Assembly (NCBI GenBank): GCA_040901675.1
Contig: JBBDYJ010000028.1
Coordinates: forward strand, 53,525 to 117,524
Source of the DNA: Pirellulales bacterium
GTDB taxonomy: Bacteria > Planctomycetota > Planctomycetia > Pirellulales > JAICIG01
Direction of reading: 5' to 3'
Length of the DNA stretch: 64,000 nt
Made by a program: the position numbers and the translations under genes. The notes under the pieces were generated by a model. The model saw only the letters and a list, made by a program, of their open reading frames with translations. It was not told where the DNA came from and made no database searches. Below, piece after piece: positions 18,642 through 26,504 of the stretch. Each line of letters starts with the position of its first letter. The first letter of the stretch is position 1.

Positions 18642-18837
18642 CTCCTGCACCCCACCGCCCGGTCCCTCGATCCCTCGGCCGCTTTGCTATTCTATGCGGC
18701 GCCGACCCCACCGCAAACCAGATCGGCTCGACCAGCCTCTTCCGCTTGGTCATCGCTGTTCGCCTGGCGCGCCCGTTGTCAATAAAGGCAGGCGAGACCC
18801 CCCAGGGTCTCGCCTGTCCGCGTCCCGCGCTGGATTC

Positions 18838-18960
18838 CTACTTGCGGAGGGAGACGATCTCCATGACCTTCACTTCGTGCCCGTCCACGATCTTGAACAC
18901 GTTCGTGACGATCTTGTCGTTGCTTGCCTTGCCCCGCTCACACCAAATAGTCGTTCGGCG
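18838..18960 (-). pseudogene. Possible DUF1579-like C-terminal fragment
   Basis: IVTNVFKIVDGHEVKVMEIVSLRK* resembles DUF1579 C-termini. Confidence 0.3.
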
Positions 18961-19198
18961 GAGTCCCGAATCGACATCGACACCAGAGTTTTTCGGCCCA
19001 CCCGTTGAGCGCCTTCTCTCGCCATGGCTGGTGATCTCGATTGGCACGCAAGGAATCTCCCGCCTCACGCTTGGCCAACCGGCCTCGTCGATTCGGATCG
19101 CGCCTTCTAGGTGGCCAGCTCGGCCCGGCGATCCTGAAGCTCCTGGCGGCTCACCTGGACCGACTGGCGGCGCCGCAATGCCGATCCGAGCCCGGCCA

Positions 19199-19340
19199 CC
19201 TGCCGAAAATGCAGGAGGCTCTCCGTCATGACCTTGGGATCCTGCTTGGCCTTGGCCAAGATGATCGCTCCCTGCACAACCGCGATCAGATGCTCGGCCA
19301 GGCTTTGGCTGTTCCAGCGGGCGCGCGGTGCGTACTTTTG
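19199..19340 (-). pseudogene. TetR-family regulator C-terminal fragment
   Basis: WNSQSLAEHLIAVVQGAIILAKAKQDPKVMTESLLHFR; no HTH. Confidence 0.6.
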
Positions 19341-19350
19341 GCCTCTTTGT

Positions 19351-19815
19351 CTATTCCAAGACCACCACCGGGCGCCCCGTCCGCGCCGACTTGGGCAGCG
19401 GCAAGAATCGCCCGATGGCAAACCTGCCGGGACCGGCGACCAAGATCGGAACCAACAGCCCGATCAGCGCCAGGTTGTACTCAAATCCATCGTTTCCATC
19501 GGGACTAAGAAAGAACCCGTGCTTGCCGTGGACCATGGCGATGGCCCCCAGCATGATGACGATCAGCGAGGCCGCCGAGAAGCGCGTCAGAAAACCGAAG
19601 ATCAGCCCCAAGCCACCGAAGAACTCTCCGATCGTGACGGCATAGCCCAGCGGCCCCATCATCTCCACGATGCCGGCCAGGCCCGGCCCGCCAAACGCGC
19701 CAAACAGCTTCTGCGCGCCGTGGGCCATAAAGATGACCCCGACGACGACTCGCACCACAAGCAGCGAGACGTCCACGGCCGGGCGGTCCTGCGCTTGACT
19801 TGTTCCCGCGTTCAT
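19351..19815 (-). CDS. DoxX family membrane protein
   Basis: RVVVGVIFMAHGAQKLFG...EFFGGL...GFEYNL...GPGRFAI; AAAGGAG RBS. Confidence 0.92.
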   Translation of the reverse strand: MNAGTSQAQDRPAVDVSLLVVRVVVGVIFMAHGAQKLFGAFGGPGLAGIVEMMGPLGYAVTIGEFFGGLGLIFGFLTRFSAASLIVIMLGAIAMVHGKHGFFLSPDGNDGFEYNLALIGLLVPILVAGPGRFAIGRFLPLPKSARTGRPVVVLE

Positions 19816-19942
19816 GGATGCTCCTTTTTTCGGCCGTATTCTTCTCCTTCCAGGCGGCAACGTCAACTCCCAGCCCGCCTTGCTTTTTGACCGGCTCGCC
19901 AACGCCCTGGAGCGGCCGCCGGAAAAAACGGACGGCGGCCTA

Positions 19943-19971
19943 TTGACAATAAAAGTTGTCAAGGCTAGCCT
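19943..19971 (+). promoter_or_regulatory. Promoter with operator TTGACAA-N6-TTGTCAA
   Basis: The palindrome (19943-19962) overlaps the -35; -10 TAGCCT sits 6 bp before ATG 19978 (leaderless-like). Confidence 0.7.
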
Positions 19972-19977
19972 CACTCC

Positions 19978-20580
19978 ATGCTCGACGTGGAAGTCATCGA
20001 GAATCCGGCGGCCGCCACGGTTGCCCTGGAGCCCGTCAGGAGCCGGCTGCTCTCAGAATTGGCCGAGCCCGCCTCCGCCGCGACCCTCGCCGCACGGCTG
20101 GGGCTTGCGCGGCAAAAGGTCAACTACCACCTGCGAGCCCTGGAGTCCCATGGGTTGGTAAGGATCGCCGAGAAGCGCCGATGGGGCGGCCTGACGGAAC
20201 GCTTGTTGGTTGCCACCGCCGCTTCTTACATCGTCTCCCCCAGCGCGCTGGGCCCGGCCGCCACGGATCCGGGCCGCAGTGCCGACCGTCTTTCCGCAAG
20301 CTACGCAATCGCCCTGGCGGCCCGCGTCGTGCGCGAGGTCGGCGCTCTGGTGCGCCGTTCCAGGGAGATTGGCAAGCGCCTGCCGACGCTGTCGCTGGAT
20401 ACGGTGATTCGGTTCCGGTCCGCGGCGGAGCGCGCCGCCTTCTCCGACGAACTCACCAAAGCAATAACGACACTTGCCGGGCGCTACCATGACGAATCGG
20501 CCCCGGGCGGCCGAATGCACCGTCTGGTGGTCGTGGCGCATCCCTTGCCGCACGAATCCCGCACCAAGGAGCCATCATGA
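19978..20580 (+). CDS. ArsR-like winged-HTH regulator
   Basis: LEPVRSRLLSELAEPASAATLAARLGLARQKVNYHLRALE. Confidence 0.9.
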   Translation: MLDVEVIENPAAATVALEPVRSRLLSELAEPASAATLAARLGLARQKVNYHLRALESHGLVRIAEKRRWGGLTERLLVATAASYIVSPSALGPAATDPGRSADRLSASYAIALAARVVREVGALVRRSREIGKRLPTLSLDTVIRFRSAAERAAFSDELTKAITTLAGRYHDESAPGGRMHRLVVVAHPLPHESRTKEPS

Positions 20581-21416
20581 GCCTGAAGAAAGATGCTTCC
20601 GGACGCCGATCGGTCCAGGTCGAAGTCGAGGTCCCCGGCACGCCGGAGGAAGTCTGGCAGGCCATCGCCACAGGGCCCGGCGTCTCGTCCTGGTTCGTTC
20701 CGACCGAGGTCGAAGGGGGCGAGGGCGGTGTCCCGGTGCGTGTTGTCTCCCACTTCGGCCCAGGCGGGAGCATGGACTCAATCGCCACCGTAACGGCCTG
20801 GGACCCGCCACACCGCTTCGCCGCCGAGAGCCAGGACTTGGGCCCGAACGATCCGACGGTCGCCACGGAGTGGATCGTCGAGGCGCGCTCCGGCGGCACC
20901 TGCGTCGTGCGCGTGGTTCATAGCCTTTTCGCGAGCAGCGACGATTGGGACGGTCAGCTCGAGGGCTGGGAGTCCGGCTGGCCGGCCTTCTTCCGCATCC
21001 TGCGGCTCTATCTCACGCACTTCCGCGGCCTGCCCAGCTCCGCCTTTCAACTGATGGGCGTCGCCCCCGAGCCCAAGTCCGACGCATGGAGTGTATTAAC
21101 CGGCGCACTCGGCCTCGCCGGGGCCGCCGTGGGCCAGCGGGTGAGCACGCGCGCCGGCGCGCCGCCCCTGGCCGGGCTGGTCGAACGGGCCGGCCAGCCG
21201 GAGCACCCCGAAGAGCTGTTGCTGCGGCTCGAGCTGCCGGCGCCCGGCATCGCCCATATGTTCGCCATGCCCATGGGCGGCCAGGTTTACCTGCCGATCC
21301 GTCTTTACCTGTACTGCGACCAGGCGCCGGCCGCCGTCGCACGCGCCGAGCCTTTGTGGCAGGCGTGGATGAAGGAGCGCTTCCCTCCCGTCGGTGACGC
21401 GGGCAATGTCTGCTAG
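20577..21416 (+). CDS. SRPBCC/AHSA1 domain protein
   Basis: EVEVPGTPEEVWQAIATGPGVSSWF...ESGWPAFFRIL; ATGA overlap. Confidence 0.88.
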   Translation: MSLKKDASGRRSVQVEVEVPGTPEEVWQAIATGPGVSSWFVPTEVEGGEGGVPVRVVSHFGPGGSMDSIATVTAWDPPHRFAAESQDLGPNDPTVATEWIVEARSGGTCVVRVVHSLFASSDDWDGQLEGWESGWPAFFRILRLYLTHFRGLPSSAFQLMGVAPEPKSDAWSVLTGALGLAGAAVGQRVSTRAGAPPLAGLVERAGQPEHPEELLLRLELPAPGIAHMFAMPMGGQVYLPIRLYLYCDQAPAAVARAEPLWQAWMKERFPPVGDAGNVC

Positions 21417-21448
21417 TTCGTTCGTTGTCTTTACCCAAGGAGAGCATC

Positions 21449-22426
21449 ATGAAGAAGTTCGCAATTGCATTGTTGGCCGTGGTGCTGGTAGCCGGGGCGG
21501 CCATGCTTGAGGCGCAGGACGCCGGGCAGCCGCCCGCGCCGGAAAAGGAGCACGAGTGGCTCCAGCAACTGGCGGGCGAGTGGGAGACGGAGGCCGAGGC
21601 ATTCCTGGAGCCCGGCAAGCCGCCCATGAAATGCCAGGGGACGGAGAGCGCCCGCATGATCGGCGGGTTCTGGGTCGTTGCCGAGAACAAGGGCACCTTC
21701 ATGGACGTGCCCATCACGGGCGTTCTGACACTGGGCCACGACCCTCAGAAGAAGAAGTACGTGGGGACGTGGATCGATTCCGTGTCCAACTACCTCTGGA
21801 ATTATGAGGGAACGGTAGACGCGGCGGGCAAGGTCCTGACGCTGGAAACCGAGGGCCCTTTACACGGCGCGCCCGGAAAGCTCGCCAAGTTCAAGGAGGT
21901 GATCGAGGTCAAGAGCGATGACCACAAGGTTTTCACCTCTTCCGTGCAGGGAGAAGACGGCCAATGGTCCACCATCGTGACCATCAATTATCGGCGAAAA
22001 AAAGCAGTCGCCGGTGAAGCAGCTCAAAACCCGCCACCTTCTGAGCAGGAGCCCGTCATGGCCGGCAACCGCATCGTCCACTTCGAGATTCCCGCCGAGC
22101 GGCCGGAGGCGCTGACCAAATTCTACAGCGAACTGTTCGGCTGGAAGTTCCAGAAGGCCGCCATCCCCGATCTGGAATACTGGCTCTGCGACACCGGCTC
22201 GGACGGGCCGGGCATCAACGGAGCGGTGATGCAGCGGCAAAACGCCGACCAGCCGTGGATGAATTACGTCGACGTGGCGAGCATCGACGCGGCCATGGAG
22301 AAGGCGACCAAGCTCGGCGCCCAAGTGGCGCTGCCCAAGACGCCGGTGCCGGGCGTCGGGGCCGTCGCGGCCATCGTCGATCCGCAGGGGAACGTCTGCG
22401 GGTTGTGGGAACAGGCGAAGCAGTAG
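21449..22426 (+). CDS. Signal peptide + DUF1579 fused to a VOC/glyoxalase domain
   Basis: PEKEHEWLQQLAGEW...KKKYVGTWIDS, then IVHFEIPAE...FYSELFGW...DPQGN; internal RBS + ATG at 22058. Confidence 0.85.
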   Translation: MKKFAIALLAVVLVAGAAMLEAQDAGQPPAPEKEHEWLQQLAGEWETEAEAFLEPGKPPMKCQGTESARMIGGFWVVAENKGTFMDVPITGVLTLGHDPQKKKYVGTWIDSVSNYLWNYEGTVDAAGKVLTLETEGPLHGAPGKLAKFKEVIEVKSDDHKVFTSSVQGEDGQWSTIVTINYRRKKAVAGEAAQNPPPSEQEPVMAGNRIVHFEIPAERPEALTKFYSELFGWKFQKAAIPDLEYWLCDTGSDGPGINGAVMQRQNADQPWMNYVDVASIDAAMEKATKLGAQVALPKTPVPGVGAVAAIVDPQGNVCGLWEQAKQ

Positions 22427-22635
22427 GCGATCGCAACGCAAGGACCGAAGCGACCGAGTGAGCCGGCCTGGGCCGGCGCCCGCTCGCTCGCTTCGGGCTT
22501 GTATCCGAGTCGGTCGGCAAAACCGATACGCCCACCCGGTTATTGTGAGTTATCCTTTGGTGTGCCGGGCCGGCGCCAGGGCGTGCCGCCATCGCCAGGC
22601 GGCACTTTTCATGACCTCATGTCAGCGAGCCAGAT

Positions 22636-23268
22636 ATGAAATGGTCTACCGAAGAGCGCCAGCAGTTCTTGAGGGGCCTGGACGGCTTCGAGCGCATCGT
22701 GGTCACGTTCTACCGGCTACTGTTGGGAGTGATCGTGGCGGCGGTCGTGGCGGTGGTTGCTTTCGTGATCATCCGCAGGCCTTGGGGCGACGGAAACCAG
22801 GGGGAGTGGTTCTACTTTTCGATCGCCGTGCTGCTGGTGCTGGGCTGGGCCGTCGGGCAGTTCGTCATGCTCGGCCGCCGGCAACGTCGCGAACCACCCC
22901 TAGCGTCGTTGCGCTCGAGCACTGAAGACGGCGTGCGGCGCTGGGAGTTCCGCTTCGGCCGCGGCGCCGGAGAATCGCACCAGGAGCCGATTGCCAGCGA
23001 CGACGATGTCCAGTTTGGATTTTCAAAAAGCTTCGAAGTTCCACTGGCCTCGCTGCCGGCCGGCATGCTCCCCGATGAAGAAGCGCTGGCGTGTTTGGAA
23101 AGGGAATTTCAGCGGGGGGTGCCGATCGACGACGCGTGCGGGCTGGTCCAGCCGGCCTTCGCTGACTGGAACGAACGCGAACGGGAGGCTTACCGCCTGT
23201 ATGTCACGAAGCTGCTGGACGAGCGGCGGCTCAGCGGATCAGTCGGGGGTCAAATCGGAAGGGCCTGA
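22636..23268 (+). CDS. Hypothetical 2-TM membrane protein
   Basis: 210-aa ORF with two hydrophobic helices; its 3' end overlaps the RES gene. Confidence 0.6.
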   Translation: MKWSTEERQQFLRGLDGFERIVVTFYRLLLGVIVAAVVAVVAFVIIRRPWGDGNQGEWFYFSIAVLLVLGWAVGQFVMLGRRQRREPPLASLRSSTEDGVRRWEFRFGRGAGESHQEPIASDDDVQFGFSKSFEVPLASLPAGMLPDEEALACLEREFQRGVPIDDACGLVQPAFADWNEREREAYRLYVTKLLDERRLSGSVGGQIGRA

Positions 23269-23695
23269 AAGCACCGATCCGAAGGCGAGCGAAGTCCGGG
23301 TGCGACGGATTCAACAGGTAGTTGAACTCCGTTTCAACAACCGCGCTGGGCACCCGCAGCGCGGCCGATGAGTTGCTGCCCGCCCATGTATCGCCGACCT
23401 GCTTCAGTTCCACGGGAGCGGGCTCCGACTGCCAGTTCGCCGGAAGTCTTGCGGCGTCGAGTTGTTCGACGAACGCGTCTTCCAGAGTGATTTCGCAAAG
23501 CTGGTACGCCTCCAGAAGTTCGTGCGAAGCAATGTGCACCAGCATCTCCAGTGCCGCCAGCGCGGCGCTGCCAGCCGTGTAAACGATCGCGGTCCCTTTG
23601 CTGTTCCATCGTCCGCCGAACTGCCGTGCCCCCTCGCCGGTGAACGCGCTGGCTGCATGCTTGGGCTTGAAAATCCTCCATGCGGCGATGCTCAC
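23231..23695 (-). CDS. RES-domain toxin
   Basis: AWRI...AFTGEGA...GGRWNSKG...ALAALEMLVH...VPSAVV...NYLLNP; GTGA overlap. Confidence 0.92.
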   Translation of the reverse strand: MSIAAWRIFKPKHAASAFTGEGARQFGGRWNSKGTAIVYTAGSAALAALEMLVHIASHELLEAYQLCEITLEDAFVEQLDAARLPANWQSEPAPVELKQVGDTWAGSNSSAALRVPSAVVETEFNYLLNPSHPDFARLRIGAFRPFRFDPRLIR

Positions 23696-24156
23696 GAAAA
23701 GACCCCATGCTCGAGCCGCCCGATAAGGTCCTCGACTTCCCGGGCGCCGATTTCGGTCTCGACCATGGCAAGGGGAGTATTGTTTCCGAGAGCTTTGTTG
23801 GACGAGCAGAGCCACTGCCGCGCGGCTGCGACACTGCCTTCAAACAACTCGACCGCCTTCTCGAAGACCATGGCCAGGCGTAACAGCCGTTCGGACTCCT
23901 GCGGAGTGAACCTCCCCTGTACCTTTCGGCGGGCCAGTGTCCGGCGCGGAATCTGGATCACCTGGCCGATGATCTCCAGCTGCAGGCCGCTGTTCCTTTG
24001 GAACGCGGCCAGCGACTGATACGGCAAACCGCTCTTGAGCTTCCGGACAACCTGCACCAGATTCGAGCTCTTCAGCCCCAAACTGCCGCCGGGCACAGCG
24101 AACACGTCGTGCGGGCCCGGCGCATCCGTCGTCGGTCGGTTGCCAAAAACGGCCAT
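23692..24156 (-). CDS. Xre/MbcA/ParS antitoxin
   Basis: IPRRTLARRK...ESERLLRLA...ARQWL...ALGNNTPL...GAREVEDLIGRLEHGVFS. Confidence 0.92.
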   Translation of the reverse strand: MAVFGNRPTTDAPGPHDVFAVPGGSLGLKSSNLVQVVRKLKSGLPYQSLAAFQRNSGLQLEIIGQVIQIPRRTLARRKVQGRFTPQESERLLRLAMVFEKAVELFEGSVAAARQWLCSSNKALGNNTPLAMVETEIGAREVEDLIGRLEHGVFS

Positions 24157-24387
24157 AGATGCCTTCTTTCTCCGCCGCCGTCGGACATTATGCCACTCAT
24201 GCACATTTTAGTTGCCAAATGGCACGTAAGCAAGGTCTCGCGGTCAGCGGTCGCCGGGCCCAAGATTTCACGCAACGTCTGGCCCGTGCGCACGAGAATC
24301 AATTCAGGCGGCCGTGCCGTCATGCGATGGCGGTCCGCCCAGATCGCCGGCGCACCGATCCAACTATTCAACGGGAGGTACCATCCG

Positions 24388-24885
24388 ATGCTTACTGAAA
24401 CACTGCTCAATGGCTACTTGGGAAAGCACATTTCCCAAATCTGCCCAAACGCCTTCCACGCTGACAGCGAGAACCATTGCGCGCACTTCGTCAGCCACGT
24501 CCTCAACCTCTCCTTCGGCATGACGTGCGGCAACCTGGTGGCGGGCTCCCAGCGAAAGGGCCCGGCCGGAAACGTCCGTGTCCAGGAGCTGTTCGCCCAG
24601 TGTCCCAACGCGCGCGAGCTTGACGTCTGCCCGCAGTACATGGAGGCCCTGATTTTTGTCAGCGCGCCGCGGAATTTCCAGACCGGCGGCAGCAGGCCAG
24701 TGCTTGCCAACGTGCCCAACAAGCACATGGGCCTGTTCCTCAACGGCCAGATTTGGCACTACAGCAACTCTCGGCGGCAGGTCATCCAACAAATCCTGGC
24801 CCAGTTCATCCACCACTACCCGCAGCAGCAGAACGCGCTCTGGGTCGGCGACCTGCCCATCACGGCCTCTGTTCATCATCCTTGA
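24388..24885 (+). CDS. Hypothetical protein with a papain-like (NlpC/P60/Tae4-like) Cys-His signature
   Basis: ENHCAHFVSHVL...RVQEL...KHMGLF; GGAGG RBS. Confidence 0.6.
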   Translation: MLTETLLNGYLGKHISQICPNAFHADSENHCAHFVSHVLNLSFGMTCGNLVAGSQRKGPAGNVRVQELFAQCPNARELDVCPQYMEALIFVSAPRNFQTGGSRPVLANVPNKHMGLFLNGQIWHYSNSRRQVIQQILAQFIHHYPQQQNALWVGDLPITASVHHP

Positions 24886-25007
24886 CGCCCGTAGCGATAG
24901 CCCGTCTCCTCGCCCACGCACGAAGGGACCAGCAGCCCTTGTTCGTGGTAAAAGCGGAGCGTCTTTACCGTGAGCCCCGTGATCTTCGAGAACTCGCCGA
25001 TGCTGAA
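24876..25007 (-). pseudogene. MerR-family HTH N-terminal fragment
   Basis: FSIGEFSKITGLTVKTLRFYHEQGLLVPS...TGYRY, then a stop. Confidence 0.85.
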
Positions 25008-25064
25008 CGCAAATCCCTCTCGCCGGGCGCCACATCCTATCCACGACGCGCTGAACAGCAGACC

Positions 25065-25095
25065 ACGATACGGCCTCCACTAAGGGGAGAGTCAA
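25065..25095 (-). promoter_or_regulatory. MerR-type promoter (19-bp spacer with dyad)
   Basis: TTGACT-19bp-TATCGT with an imperfect dyad ctcccc-tta-gtggag in the spacer. Confidence 0.75.
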
Positions 25096-25171
25096 GCTAG
25101 AAAATGATCGGGGAGGAAAATCCAGGTCAGGGCCGGTCGGCTGTGTCTCGCGCATCCAGCTCGGGCGGCCT

Positions 25172-25193
25172 GAATTCTGGCGAATTCAGCTAC
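25172..25193 (-). repeat. GTAG-type REP (family A)
   Basis: Reverse complement GTAGCTGAATTCGCCAGAATTC; same family at 39090, 43067 and 57318. Confidence 0.75.
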
Positions 25194-25282
25194 GGGATTT
25201 TTTTGTGATTGCTTGTCAGGATCCGAGCAGCGGCGGATCCACCGCAGCCCCGCATATGGCACTGGACAAACTTGCCGACCTA

Positions 25283-25433
25283 TTGACTTAACTCCCGGCC
25301 GGAGTTAATCTCTCTGCAACCGGGCAGCCTGCCGCGATCAGTTGATCGGACCAGGCAGTGTTGAATTGGCGACGAACGCCCCTTTGTGCAGCGGCACGAC
25401 AGGTTTGTGCAGCGGCACGACAGGGGCTTTTTT
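25283..25433 (+). promoter_or_regulatory. Promoter, operator and structured 5' leader ending in an intrinsic terminator
   Basis: TTGACT-17bp-TAATCT; palindrome TTAACTCC-N5-GGAGTTAA; GCCCCT...AGGGGC-T6 7 bp before ATG 25441. Confidence 0.6.
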
Positions 25434-25440
25434 ATTCCTA

Positions 25441-26265
25441 ATGCCCGTGATGCACATGGCTCGAGCCGGTTTACATGTCGTGGCCCTGGCTGGGTTGCTG
25501 CTGGGCCCCGGCCGTCTACAGGCCGCGGTCGTCATCGACGACTTCGACCGTCCGCAGCCGGCCGACCGCTTCTTCATCCTGGGTCCGCCCGGCATGGGCG
25601 ACCCGAACCCGACGTTGATTCAACGCTCGACGCTGGGAATCCTCGGCGGACAGCGGGATGTGCTGATCGAGGTCGTCGACGTCGCCCGGCCCGCTTCGGC
25701 GAACGGCCTGATCGGTTTTGACGACGATTTCCAGTTGGGGGCCCTGCAACTCCAAACCCACGCCCCCGGAACCATCCTGACGCTGCAATACGACGGCATC
25801 GACGCCGACACCACGGACCTCAACGATGCACGCGGCCTGTCGGCCGACCTGACCCAAGGACTGATAGGCACCGGCATCCTGATCGACTTTCTCTCGGTCG
25901 ATACGCCGATCGGGCCGGGCCTGGAGTTGGAGATCGATATCACCAGCAGCGGGGGGTCGGCCAGCTATTCGGACCTGGTGGCGGAAAGCGACGGCCCGTT
26001 CACGTACTTCGCCCCCTATGGCCAGTTCAGCCTGCTGGGACAGTTCTCACTGACCGCGGTCGAGAGCATCACCTTGCGCTTCAACGGCCGGGGCGACCCG
26101 CACGTCGATTTCGAAATCGACGCCATCCGGGCCGGCGTCATCCCCGAGCCCACGAGCTGCCTGCTGTTCGGGTTGGCGGCCTGTTACCCGCTGGTCCACG
26201 GTTGGCGCGGCCGCAAGCAGTCGCGCGGCCGGCGCAACCAGCCGGCCATCTTCTCGTCTGCTTAA
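25441..26265 (+). CDS. PEP-CTERM sorted surface protein
   Basis: Signal peptide; C-terminal IPEPTSCLLFGLAA followed by a basic tail (RGRKQSRGRR). Confidence 0.85.
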   Translation: MPVMHMARAGLHVVALAGLLLGPGRLQAAVVIDDFDRPQPADRFFILGPPGMGDPNPTLIQRSTLGILGGQRDVLIEVVDVARPASANGLIGFDDDFQLGALQLQTHAPGTILTLQYDGIDADTTDLNDARGLSADLTQGLIGTGILIDFLSVDTPIGPGLELEIDITSSGGSASYSDLVAESDGPFTYFAPYGQFSLLGQFSLTAVESITLRFNGRGDPHVDFEIDAIRAGVIPEPTSCLLFGLAACYPLVHGWRGRKQSRGRRNQPAIFSSA

Positions 26266-26504
26266 CGCCTCGCATTGCCGGGCCGAACCGTGGTGCGGCT
26301 GCCTAACCGTACACCAGCGACAGGGGCAATCGAGCGACAATAGCCCGCCGGCGTGCCGGCCCTGCCACGGTCGGCACTCGGCCCGCGGCCGGATGCGATT
26401 GAACGCGCTGAACCCGCCCACCCGCGGGTTCCTGGATTGTTCTGTACGGGGCCGAACGGCGAAGCAACCTGATCATTTGCAACCACGATGCCGGAAAGAC
26501 ACAC

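Noticed and set aside
22435..22504. Additional attC site after the VOC gene
   Set aside because: It lacks AAC/GTT cores; it looks like a ccgaagcg...cgcttcgg REP-like palindrome, with a related half at ~63590-63615.
1..25100. Integrase, transposase, reverse transcriptase or phage genes explaining the islands
   Set aside because: No tyrosine/serine recombinase, DDE/HUH or RT motifs were recognised in any listed ORF.
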